This document shows positions 29,722-38,696 of a stretch of DNA of 64,000 nt, piece after piece. The notes below the pieces were generated by a model. The model did not search any database. It was not told the DNA's origin and saw nothing but the letters and a program-made list of their open reading frames with translations. The first letter of the stretch is position 1, and each line of letters starts with the position of its first letter. Position numbers and translations under genes: made by a program. Source of the stretch: Deltaproteobacteria bacterium (GTDB lineage: Bacteria; SAR324; XYD2-FULL-50-16); contig JABGPJ010000058.1 of assembly GCA_018645005.1 (NCBI GenBank), positions 30,965 to 94,964 of the forward strand, written 5' to 3'.

Positions 29722-29991
29722 ATGGTTTTCATTCAAGATTCCTGGGTAGGATTTTTATTTATGAGTTTTTTTCTCGTAGGACTATTGCAGATTATAGCTA
29801 AAAGTCGAACAACCGAAGTCCAACCGGGGATGGCGACTAAGTCTGATCAGTTTTCAATGAGAACTGTTTTTCTCAGTATCCGAAGTGGTGAAGCAATGCT
29901 GTTTTTCACTGTACTTTTCATCACTATCAGCTTTTTCTTTTTCTCTCTTGGCATCTGCAAATACATGATAGCGATGATCCCCATTGGATAA
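29722..29991 (+). CDS. Hypothetical small membrane protein (89 aa)
   Basis: Two predicted TM helices. Starts 19 nt after the preceding ORF. No motif recognised. Confidence 0.3.
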   Translation: MVFIQDSWVGFLFMSFFLVGLLQIIAKSRTTEVQPGMATKSDQFSMRTVFLSIRSGEAMLFFTVLFITISFFFFSLGICKYMIAMIPIG

Positions 29992-30230
29992 TAGGAAAAG
30001 ACGCGGTTTTTCATGAAGAAATTACTTTTTTCTGATACCAGATGTCTTTCCTCCCTCATAGATTTCAGCCAGATCAAAAGAAACCATAAATCTGAAGAAA
30101 AAACAAACAACCGTTACATGGACTCCCCTGCAAAAAAGCAGAAAATTGAGGAGTCCACCTAAGATATACTACGCTTAATATCCCAATTCCATAACTGAAA
30201 GACTGCACACAAATTTTTCAAACCAGATAG

Positions 30231-30830
30231 ATGAGAGATGTTTACCAGACTGTAAGAACGCATATATATGTAAATCTGATCAAACCCCTACGCGAAAGTG
30301 TGTCTCCAATACATGAAACCGCACTGGGGTCGGCAATTGGCATATTTGTCGGGCTTACACCAACAGTGGGGCTTCAAATGTGGATTGTACTCATGGTCTG
30401 GCTTGGGTTGAAATTTTTTCTGAAATTGAGATTCGATCTGATCGTTGGAACCGCGATTGTTTGGATTAGCAACCCCTTCACAATGTTTTTCCTGTATTAT
30501 GGATTTCTCGAAACAGGGTATTCATTTATATCGATGAGTGGAATCGGGTCCAAACCCCTGGAATTGAACTACACGACCTTTTACAATCAACTTTCCTTTA
30601 TACTCGACACCCATCAGCACAGCGGTCTCGACATCATTTTCAATGGTTCAAGATTCCTTTTGGTTGATCTCGGATACCCAATGCTAATCGGTAGCATGTT
30701 CTATGCGGTTCCCTGCTCTATTCTGTCCTATATTCTGATCAAACGGTATTTAACCGGTTACCGCAAACGAAGGGCAGAAAAAATGGGGATTAATTATGAG
30801 CAGTGGCGGGAATTATTTGAGCGGAAATAG
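30231..30830 (+). CDS. DUF2062-like integral membrane protein
   Basis: HETALGSAIGIFVGLTPTVGLQMWIV... and four TM helices match my recollection of the DUF2062 family layout. Confidence 0.5.
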   Translation: MRDVYQTVRTHIYVNLIKPLRESVSPIHETALGSAIGIFVGLTPTVGLQMWIVLMVWLGLKFFLKLRFDLIVGTAIVWISNPFTMFFLYYGFLETGYSFISMSGIGSKPLELNYTTFYNQLSFILDTHQHSGLDIIFNGSRFLLVDLGYPMLIGSMFYAVPCSILSYILIKRYLTGYRKRRAEKMGINYEQWRELFERK

Positions 30831-30890
30831 AAGTACTGTTTCTAATCTGCATGACGGCTGGCCATTATCACAGACGATATGATGAAATCT

Positions 30891-32186
30891 TTACTCAGCG
30901 ATAAAAAGAGGAAAGAGCAGCGATATTTTTGTCCCCCTATTTAAGGCTGAATCGATGAGTATGGTTCCGCCGTGTGAAGCCATTGTTTTATGAGCTATTG
31001 ACAGCCCCAAACCTGTGCCCTGCTCTCTGGTCGTAAAAAAAGGGTCAAACAACCTTTTTTTAACTTCATTCGTCATCCCTTTCCCGGTATCTATGATATT
31101 GATCTCAATCAGCTCCTGGGGCTGATCTTTTAAAATAAAATTGTTGTTAAATCTTTCCAGAATCATCGGATCATCCTCAAGGCGGTTTTCGGTAGACAGA
31201 TGAAGCGTTCCACCCTCCGGCATCGCTTGACACGCATTCACAAAAAGATTGTGAAGAACTTGTTTTAGCAGCTCTTTATTCCCTCTTATCTCTGATCGTT
31301 CTGCATTTAATTCGACTGTGACATCGATATTCTGCTGAAGTGCCGAAAAACGGGCAAAGTCAGCAAATTCAGACAAGAGTGAGTGAGGATCAAGTTTCTC
31401 AAGTACGGCTGGGCGGGGTTTGGTATATTCTAACAAATTGGAAATAATATGATTCATGCTCCGAGTCGCGGAAGTGATGTGTTGTATTAGATCCATTTCG
31501 CTGGAATCTTCGTCGGTATCCATTTTCATCATCGAAAGGAACAACTCAATACTCCCCAGCGGATTTCTGATTTCATGGGCAACCTGCATGGAGATTTCCC
31601 CCATTGCGGTGAGACGATTTTTCCGTTCAGCCTCCTCTTCAAGTCTTTTTAATTGAGTGATATCAATCAGATTTATAATTATACCCTGCTCCTCATTTTC
31701 GTCTGACTTCATCAAGGTGGTCGAACTGTCGATGATGATTTCCGATCTATCTGCTTTGCTGAAAACAAACTGCTGATGATAGTCCTGGTTGATTTTTTCA
31801 AAAGCCTCTTCGTCCAGAACTTCAGGCAAAACAGGGTTCTTCAGTAGTTCGCTAATCGGCTTTCCAATAGCCGATTCTATATCTATCCCTGTAATCGCGA
31901 CTGCGGCACGATTGAATGTCACTACTTTACCCAGCAAATCGGTTACAATCAAGCCATTGGAAAGACTCTGCAACACATTTGTCAATTCCTGGTTCTTAAG
32001 GTGAAGATCATTCTGCAGGGTTTTCATTTTCTTATGCAGGACCTCAATAGTCGGATTGAGGGATTCAATAAACTGACTCCATTCCTGCTGCTGTTTCATA
32101 AAGAAGCGGATTTGATCTTTTTCTTTGTATAGCTCTTTTTGCAGCTCGACAATCTGTTCCTCCTGGGTCATCTTTTTCTTTTCCAA
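30891..32186 (-). CDS. Cytoplasmic PAS-domain sensor histidine kinase (NtrB-like)
   Basis: N-terminal coiled coil, a PAS-like region, H-box HEIRNPLGSI, N-box LHNLFVNACQA, G1 IDTGKGM and G2 GTGLGLSIA. No TM segment. No response regulator is adjacent. Confidence 0.88.
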   Translation of the reverse strand: MEKKKMTQEEQIVELQKELYKEKDQIRFFMKQQQEWSQFIESLNPTIEVLHKKMKTLQNDLHLKNQELTNVLQSLSNGLIVTDLLGKVVTFNRAAVAITGIDIESAIGKPISELLKNPVLPEVLDEEAFEKINQDYHQQFVFSKADRSEIIIDSSTTLMKSDENEEQGIIINLIDITQLKRLEEEAERKNRLTAMGEISMQVAHEIRNPLGSIELFLSMMKMDTDEDSSEMDLIQHITSATRSMNHIISNLLEYTKPRPAVLEKLDPHSLLSEFADFARFSALQQNIDVTVELNAERSEIRGNKELLKQVLHNLFVNACQAMPEGGTLHLSTENRLEDDPMILERFNNNFILKDQPQELIEINIIDTGKGMTNEVKKRLFDPFFTTREQGTGLGLSIAHKTMASHGGTILIDSALNRGTKISLLFPLFIAE

Positions 32187-32423
32187 TTGATTCCTTTATC
32201 TGTCTTCCTTGAAGAGTATGCGCCTGAATTTAAGGTTAAATTGCTGATTGCTGAATTAACCAAATATGCTTTCTCCGCTTGATTCCCTTTTTTAGATGCA
32301 GTCTGTAGAGAGCGCCAAGACGGAATATTTTTCTGAGTAACAATCACTTTATCTGGGAATCAAAATGCAAAACGTGTACTCAAAACCGATCGGTTTCCCA
32401 TAAAACTTCCGAAACCATTTTAC

Positions 32424-32529
32424 CTAAGGGTCGGCTCATAAATTACTTCACATTCTGTTCGCAAAATGTCCAGTGTTTTGAGGGCTTTTGCAAATAGATT
32501 ATGTGAAGTTATTTATGAACGATCCCTAA
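32424..32529 (-). repeat. 106-nt palindromic repeat, copy A (inverted relative to B and C on the + strand, hence co-oriented with the minus-strand genes flanking it)
   Basis: Its reverse complement aligns to copy C without gaps (98/106 by hand count). Lies between the stop of the 394-aa gene and the start of the histidine kinase gene. Confidence 0.9.
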
Positions 32530-32675
32530 ACGTAAACACATAAGGGAACAGGGTCACACTGCGTCGGTTCGTAGCATATCGCTGACGAACCGGACTGTGC
32601 AATTCATGGATTGATGGCAAGGGAGAAAGAGAGGAGGGAGAGGTTTAATTTACCCAAAGCGGCATTATTGCAGTT

Positions 32676-33860
32676 TCAGGTTTTTTGCAACCCCTTCATA
32701 TAGGTTCCAATAAATTCTCGAATTTCTTTAATCTGATCGGAACGCATTGTTTTCAGTTCCTTAATGATACCAGTTTGTTTTTCCTTTAAAAGCTGATGTT
32801 CCTTTTCCAATTCAAAGATGGTTTCTTTGTGTGCCTCAACGGTACTTTTCAGCGACTGTATAAGTTTAGCTTCATTTCCTATGATGGTGCCTGTCTTGAC
32901 ACGGTTTCCACCTCCAATCGAAATACGCGCGCTATCTGTAATTTCCTTTTTTCCAAACAGCGCATGCGGCTTAACAACCCCCGTTGTTCTCTTCTTAACA
33001 GAAACTCCAGGCGGTCTTCCACGTCTTTTTTTAGGTGCTTGCGCTTCGGTAATCCGATTATCCTGCGACATGTTTCCATGGGTTTTTGAACCGCCGACCT
33101 GTTCAAGTGCTTTTTTCGAATCCGAGGCAATGTCCAAGCCAATGAATTCCTGAACAACGTCGTCAATCGATACTGCATTCGCTTTTTTCTCTTCCAGTTC
33201 TTTCAACCAAATATTATGGTATATTTCGATTGATTTGATCGGAACATCGGAAAAGGCGGCCTTAATTTGTTCAATACTGGATTCAGGCTTACTGTTGAGA
33301 AATCTGAAAATCACCTCGTACAAGCCACCTTTTTTGACCTTGTCTGTATTTTTCTGTTTTCTTTTCCATCCAGAGAAGTAGCTGTAGATGGAACTCTGTT
33401 TGGCTTCCGGAAACTGTGCATACAGGGTTTCAACAGTGGCATTAATTTCTGTATCAAGGTATGTGAAGACCATCTCTTTCAACTTTCTGGGACTAATGCC
33501 GGTTTTTTTAACGGTATCTTTTTGCCGCGCCTTTTCCTGCTTTTTCGTCCAATATCGATGATACTCACTGACTTTTGCAGGAGGGATTCCGGGCATCGCT
33601 TCGCGCAAATCGGCCAACGATGCCTTTGTTCTTTTATCCAGGTACTTGTATATTTTCCTTTTTATATTCTGCTCTTGATAGTCGTGTCGATTTACGACTT
33701 TCTCCTGCTTATACTCTTTTTTTGCTCTTTTAATAGTTGTCTTGCTCACACCTTTTAATCCTTCCATCTTAGTCAGTGCGTTTTGAGTCAAATCTGCGAA
33801 GTCCACTCCATCCTGGATCAGATCATCTATGGCTTTTTTTACTAAGTTTTTCTTACTCAT
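32676..33860 (-). CDS. Lys-rich protein with four tandem ~50-aa modules, an AT-hook and a C-terminal coiled coil (putative DNA-binding)
   Basis: The four repeats end in KRAKKEYKQEK, EYHRYWTKKQEK, SYFSGWKRKQKN and IYHNIWLKELEEKK. The AT-hook core is KKRRGRPPG (nt 32991..33032). The C-terminal heptads are KETIFELEKEHQLLKEKQ. Confidence 0.7.
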   Translation of the reverse strand: MSKKNLVKKAIDDLIQDGVDFADLTQNALTKMEGLKGVSKTTIKRAKKEYKQEKVVNRHDYQEQNIKRKIYKYLDKRTKASLADLREAMPGIPPAKVSEYHRYWTKKQEKARQKDTVKKTGISPRKLKEMVFTYLDTEINATVETLYAQFPEAKQSSIYSYFSGWKRKQKNTDKVKKGGLYEVIFRFLNSKPESSIEQIKAAFSDVPIKSIEIYHNIWLKELEEKKANAVSIDDVVQEFIGLDIASDSKKALEQVGGSKTHGNMSQDNRITEAQAPKKRRGRPPGVSVKKRTTGVVKPHALFGKKEITDSARISIGGGNRVKTGTIIGNEAKLIQSLKSTVEAHKETIFELEKEHQLLKEKQTGIIKELKTMRSDQIKEIREFIGTYMKGLQKT

Positions 33861-34185
33861 CGTGTCAACTCTCCAATACTACCTTTGTATAATGCCCCCA
33901 GCCTCATTTTGTTGACTGCCGGAGACCCCTTTTAGTTTTCGAATCTCTGAAAATCAAAGGGCCTTCCAGAGCCGGTTTCTAAAATGTGTTCTTAAACTAT
34001 CCAAATACTGCTCAAACCGTTGTTATTAGGTAAACTTATCGGTAATTTTAACATAATGCAATCATTTTTTTCAAAAACCGTTGTCGCCTCAGTAAGTTTT
34101 GCAAAATCTCATGCAATAAATTTATCATTTTATCCGCCAGACCTTCATACTCCAAAATGCCCTGACAATTCAACAATCAGGATTT

Positions 34186-34332
34186 TCAGATCGATTCCTC
34201 CAGCCGTTTAACGATTTCAGGTAAGGCAATACCACTCTCCGCTGAAATCCCGGCACCACAAAAAGAGACCACATGTCGGGCCTCTGCTATAATTTCAGCG
34301 GCTTTTTTAATTTCACTGGACCACATATTCAT
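34186..34332 (-). pseudogene. Remnant of a Sir2/CobB-family NAD-dependent deacylase (first ~35 residues only, 48-codon ORF)
   Basis: The translation MNMWSSEIKKAAEIIAEARHVVSFCGAGISAESGIALPEIVKRLEESI* contains the sirtuin N-terminal Rossmann motif GAGISAESGI. It then diverges where IPTFRG is expected and stops. Too short to appear in the ORF track. Confidence 0.5.
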
Positions 34333-34362
34333 ATATTCCTCTTCGATGGAACCATCATTGGA

Positions 34363-35991
34363 TCATCGGCTCAAAATTTTTTTATTTGGCTTTAGCCCTG
34401 TGTATCTCAAAAATTCGCAAGACTCTGGCAGATCCGGACCCCGTTGTTGCATGAAATCAAAAAATTGATCCCGCATAACCCGTTTTGAGATATTCACTTT
34501 CTGATTTGATGACAAAAATATCTGCGATTTAATCCCGCCCCCACCATAATAGTGGTAATCGGCTATTTTAACAGGATATTTTTTTATGAATTCATCTCCG
34601 TTCAACCACCATAAAGGCTGTTCCGGTACTGTCACATTGCTTGTGAAATGGGAAAAAAGGACTCGGTTATAAGGTATTCGGCGCCGGCCAAATTCTGGTA
34701 CAGGTTGGCTTAATAATTGGATATCCCTCAAGCTCAATAACACCGTTACTGTTCTGTTATCATGTCTAAACCATTTATACAAATCCAGACGACGAACTCT
34801 TTTTCCATTGAGGCCAGAAAGTCGTGAAAGGCTCAACTTTGGCAGCATGGTTCCCATAATTGTCGGGCCATCCTGGGACATTGCGTTCAAACGGTTCAGG
34901 CAGGCTGACGCCCGCCGTTTATCAGTATGGGTGACTAAATATGGCAAGGGGGTCTGAAGATAGTTTTTATAGTCGTCAGGTAGCAGCCGAAGGTACGAAG
35001 ATTCAATCTTTCTGCTCTGAGAAGCTTGATGCGTTTTATGTTCAATGTCGATAATCCGCCATTTATTACCCGATCTCAGGAGTCTTAAATCTAAAAAAAC
35101 AAACGCTTCACCCCAACGGCCGCCTTCAATAATCGGCGTCTGTCTGACATATTTGATACGTTTGCTCTTAAAACCCGGAGACAACCGATGATCATGCCCG
35201 GCAATCACGAGATCGAAACCGTCATTTTTCTTTAACGTCTCCATCACAGAATTGGCTGCCGAAATACGGTTCAGTTTACTGTTTTCATCGTCCCTGATCG
35301 AATACATCCCCGCGTGAAAAACACCGATAATCAGATCCGGTTTCTCCGTCCTTTTAATGATTTTTAACCAAAATGCAGCAGACCGTTCGACAGACCTGAT
35401 TTCAATTCCATTCAACCGGTCAACACCCAACCACATTTGAGAGCCTGGAGTTGAAAAACCCAGAACAACGATTTTTAATCCGTTGCGATACAAAGTTGTA
35501 AATGGTTCAAATACCAGTTGGGTATTTCTGTATATATTTGCCGCTAACCAGCTGAATTCAGAATTTGGCAGATATTCTCTTTCAAAGATTGGATTAATCC
35601 CCAGATCGTGATTGCCAACAACGACGGCATCATACCCCAAACTATTAAAAAGCTTGAAAAATGGATCTTTGGCAGCAGGAAATTTATGGGTTTGATGAAT
35701 ATAAGAGACAAGAGGAGATCCCTGCAAAAGATCTCCCGCGTCTACAAGAATCAGATCAGGATCCTTTGATCTTGCTTTTTTAATACTTTTTGCCAGGTGC
35801 AATAAACCCTTGCGTTTTTCAGTCGGATAGAGCAAAGCGGTCGACATCCATCCATGAAGATCAGAGGTCACAATCAGCCGAATCCGTTTGCTTTCTTGTT
35901 CTGCGGCAGCCGAGTGGGCTATGGCGTATAAACAGAAAATCAGTATACCAAACATTCGCCCGGGTACAATGAAGTTCCAAATAATAGCCAT
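34363..35991 (-). CDS. Secreted calcineurin-like metallophosphoesterase (5'-nucleotidase/UshA-like N-domain)
   Basis: Signal peptide, then SDLHGW, DAGDLLQGS, VVGNHDLG and GHDH metallophosphatase motifs. 542 aa. Confidence 0.75.
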   Translation of the reverse strand: MAIIWNFIVPGRMFGILIFCLYAIAHSAAAEQESKRIRLIVTSDLHGWMSTALLYPTEKRKGLLHLAKSIKKARSKDPDLILVDAGDLLQGSPLVSYIHQTHKFPAAKDPFFKLFNSLGYDAVVVGNHDLGINPIFEREYLPNSEFSWLAANIYRNTQLVFEPFTTLYRNGLKIVVLGFSTPGSQMWLGVDRLNGIEIRSVERSAAFWLKIIKRTEKPDLIIGVFHAGMYSIRDDENSKLNRISAANSVMETLKKNDGFDLVIAGHDHRLSPGFKSKRIKYVRQTPIIEGGRWGEAFVFLDLRLLRSGNKWRIIDIEHKTHQASQSRKIESSYLRLLPDDYKNYLQTPLPYLVTHTDKRRASACLNRLNAMSQDGPTIMGTMLPKLSLSRLSGLNGKRVRRLDLYKWFRHDNRTVTVLLSLRDIQLLSQPVPEFGRRRIPYNRVLFSHFTSNVTVPEQPLWWLNGDEFIKKYPVKIADYHYYGGGGIKSQIFLSSNQKVNISKRVMRDQFFDFMQQRGPDLPESCEFLRYTGLKPNKKILSR

Positions 35992-36056
35992 TTTTTTGTT
36001 TGGTGTTCAGGCGAAAATTCCTTTGGCAAAACACATGAATTTCCGCTCCGGGAGGG

Positions 36057-37376
36057 TTAGCTTTTCTTTCTCAAACGAGCGATATACATGCCATTTCCAT
36101 CTGTTTGAGGAGGGGCAATCGTCAATCCTTTCTCAGAGGATTCCTGTGTGAACGGATTCACAATCATTTCAAGATTGAAGCCTTTATGCAACTCCAGAAA
36201 TCTGTCAATAACCATCTCATTTTCTTCCGGAAACAGTGAACAGGTAGCGTATACGAGTACACCACCTTCACAGAGACTATCAGAGCAGAGTTGCAACAAT
36301 TTCAATTGTACATCGCTGTATTCATCAACCTGCTCTTTGGTAATCCGCCAACGAAGTTCAGGATTTCTGCGCCATGTGCCGGAGCACGAACACGGGGCGT
36401 CGACCAGGACGCCATCCATTTTTCGATTAAATATGGGCGGTTTAAATCCATCCCACAGAAGGGGTTGAATATTGGACCAACGGCTGTTTTTTCCGATTCT
36501 GCGCTTCAGCTCTCGAATCAAATTAACATTGATCTCCGATGCGTAAACCAGACCGTCTATCCCCATCAGTGCAGATAAATGAAGTGCTTTTCCACCGGAT
36601 CCGGCACAAACGTCCCACCAGACATCTTTGGCTTTTGGATCACATATCAACCCTACGGCCTGGGATGATATATCCTGTATTTCTAACTTTCCCTCTCTAA
36701 AATCAATGGATTCATTGAGGTTGAGAGTCGATAATATCTCAAGTGTTTTTGCATTTTTAGAATGAAAGCGGTAGGCGATCTTTTTCGAATCGAGAAACGT
36801 CAGAAAGGATTGCGGGTCCGATTTTTCAATTCTGACCCAGACACTGGGCCTGGATTGAAACGCTGTCAACCGCTCTGTGCTCCATTCATACATAAAATCA
36901 GGGTTTAGGTCGGATATTTGAACTGGACCGGTCATTCCGGATACAACTACGGCCTTTTTTTCCAGAGAGTCCACACTCTGCATATCGATCTGTTCCAACC
37001 AGTCCCGGGGCAAACCCAGATAATCTGACCAGTAAACGATCCGGTCATCTATTCTGTTTCCGTCAAGTAAATATCCCAGCAAAAGTCCTAAACTGAACCG
37101 TTCTTTTGAAAGTCGACTTAACCATCCATACCATCTGTAATACCCAAAAACTGAATTTGAGACAAAGCGACGGTCGTTTGACCCAAATTGCTTGTTCCGC
37201 CGGTAGAAAGCGGACAAGGCCTTGTCCACAGGCTGACTATGCCTGAACTTTTCATGTACAGCCTCAAAAACGCTCTCCAATGCTCTGATTTGATTGTGAT
37301 ATCGATTATTTTTATTCATGAAATAGCAAAAAAAAAGGTGAGCTAAATATCGACTTAACTCACCTTTCTGTTTCAA
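36057..37376 (-). CDS. rsmB: 16S rRNA (cytosine-C5)-methyltransferase RsmB/Sun family
   Basis: N-terminal NusB-like domain. Motif IV VDAPCSCSGTWRRNPE and motif VI YATCSLFPEENE. Alternative start at 37319 (MNKNNRY). Confidence 0.85.
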   Translation of the reverse strand: MKQKGELSRYLAHLFFCYFMNKNNRYHNQIRALESVFEAVHEKFRHSQPVDKALSAFYRRNKQFGSNDRRFVSNSVFGYYRWYGWLSRLSKERFSLGLLLGYLLDGNRIDDRIVYWSDYLGLPRDWLEQIDMQSVDSLEKKAVVVSGMTGPVQISDLNPDFMYEWSTERLTAFQSRPSVWVRIEKSDPQSFLTFLDSKKIAYRFHSKNAKTLEILSTLNLNESIDFREGKLEIQDISSQAVGLICDPKAKDVWWDVCAGSGGKALHLSALMGIDGLVYASEINVNLIRELKRRIGKNSRWSNIQPLLWDGFKPPIFNRKMDGVLVDAPCSCSGTWRRNPELRWRITKEQVDEYSDVQLKLLQLCSDSLCEGGVLVYATCSLFPEENEMVIDRFLELHKGFNLEMIVNPFTQESSEKGLTIAPPQTDGNGMYIARLRKKS

Positions 37377-37394
37377 TTAAAGAGGTTGTTGGCT

Positions 37395-37763
37395 TCAGAG
37401 AGTTTCTTCATCCATTACGGGAAGGGTTTCCGCTTGCGCTAAGACGTTCTGCCGGATGCTCTCCTTTCCGGTCTTTTTTTCATGAGAGTTAAATTTACCA
37501 CGCCGTAACTGTGTTTCCAGTTTATCCACACAATGATCGATCGCCTTATACATGCTTGCCGGGTCCTCAGCCTCAGAATTCAAATAAAATCCATTTCCTT
37601 TGATGATGGCATGAATATGATTGCGATGTTTTTCGACACCTAATGTGATGTTCGCATTGAGATTAAAATCAGTATATTTTTTTACGCGACTGATTCTTTC
37701 GGTCACATAGTTTTTCAATGCATCTGTTAGATCCATCTGTTTTGCTGATATGGATACATCCAT
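37395..37763 (-). CDS. hpf: Ribosome hibernation-promoting factor / RaiA family (short form)
   Basis: 122 aa. MDVSISAKQMDLTDALKNYVTERISRVKKY... and HRNHIHAII...AEDPASMYKAIDHCVDKLETQLRR are typical of the HPF/YfiA (sigma-54 modulation protein) family. Confidence 0.85.
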   Translation of the reverse strand: MDVSISAKQMDLTDALKNYVTERISRVKKYTDFNLNANITLGVEKHRNHIHAIIKGNGFYLNSEAEDPASMYKAIDHCVDKLETQLRRGKFNSHEKKTGKESIRQNVLAQAETLPVMDEETL

Positions 37764-37925
37764 ACTTATTCTCCTAGATAGTAATTAGGATTGAACAAAT
37801 AAACGATCATGATAAAACTGAACAGACCGCGCTAGCGGCTGCTCCCTACTAATCCTACTCATACTAATACAGTATTGAGCTGAAAATTTCCAGCAATATT
37901 TAGAGTTTTTAGGAATGTCTCTACA

Positions 37926-38693
37926 TCAAAAGCTGTCCTTCAGACCTCTCAGTTTCCCCATTCGTTCAGTGCGACTTAATTTGTTTTCCGAGTCAACTGC
38001 CTGTGCAACATCTGGGTGATCGATACGTAAAAACGGATTGATCTTCTTTTCCAACCCAACAGTTGTTGGCGTTGAAAACTGCCCGGAACTGATTATCTGA
38101 TCGACTCTTTTCCGATACGCTTCAAGATCTCCATTGTCAGGCTCAATCGATTTGGCAAAACGTATATTCGACTGTGTATATTCGTGTCCGAAATAGACAT
38201 TTGCATCGTCTGAAAATGAGGTTATTTTATCCATGGCACGTTCCAAATCGACTGGCTTACCTTCGAACAAACGGCCGCATCCAGCTGAAAAAAGAGCATC
38301 GCCAACAAACAGGTTTCCTTCAATATGGAACCCCGTGCAATACATTGTATGGGCTGGCAGACTGACCACTCCGATTTCAAACTGCCCGAAAGCAATCGCA
38401 TCCCCCTCCTTGACTTCCATAGCTTCCATTGTCAGTCTTTTCTCACCTGCTGGTTTTACGACAATTGCATCTGGAAAATGCTTTTTCATGTTTTCAATTT
38501 CACCTGCATGATCAAAATGAAAATGTGTAGCCAGTATGAAATTCAGGCGCCAATTGTTTGTCTCAAGCCGTCGTAGAACCGGTTCCATTTCTCCACAATC
38601 TACCAATGCTGTGACCCCCGCCTGTTTTTCATGAATCAGATAGGAAAAGTTGTCATCATAATATGGGACAATTTCAATGCCTAGATCTTTCAT
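37926..38693 (-). CDS. gloB: Hydroxyacylglutathione hydrolase (glyoxalase II), MBL fold
   Basis: THFHFDHAG (HxHxDH) motif, and a C-terminal GHEYT...NIRFA and INPFLR pattern typical of GloB. 255 aa. Confidence 0.8.
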   Translation of the reverse strand: MKDLGIEIVPYYDDNFSYLIHEKQAGVTALVDCGEMEPVLRRLETNNWRLNFILATHFHFDHAGEIENMKKHFPDAIVVKPAGEKRLTMEAMEVKEGDAIAFGQFEIGVVSLPAHTMYCTGFHIEGNLFVGDALFSAGCGRLFEGKPVDLERAMDKITSFSDDANVYFGHEYTQSNIRFAKSIEPDNGDLEAYRKRVDQIISSGQFSTPTTVGLEKKINPFLRIDHPDVAQAVDSENKLSRTERMGKLRGLKDSF

Positions 38694-38696
38694 AAT

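Noticed and set aside
33267-33758. 163-aa + strand ORF (also 32796..33153 and 32879..33178)
   Set aside because: It is antisense or out of frame within the 394-aa Lys-rich gene. The Phe/Leu-rich translation is the complement of Lys/Glu codons.
34020-34211. 63-aa + strand ORF upstream of the 394-aa gene
   Set aside because: It has no RBS, a low-complexity translation, and overlaps the end of the sirtuin-remnant ORF on the other strand. It probably lies in non-coding promoter DNA.
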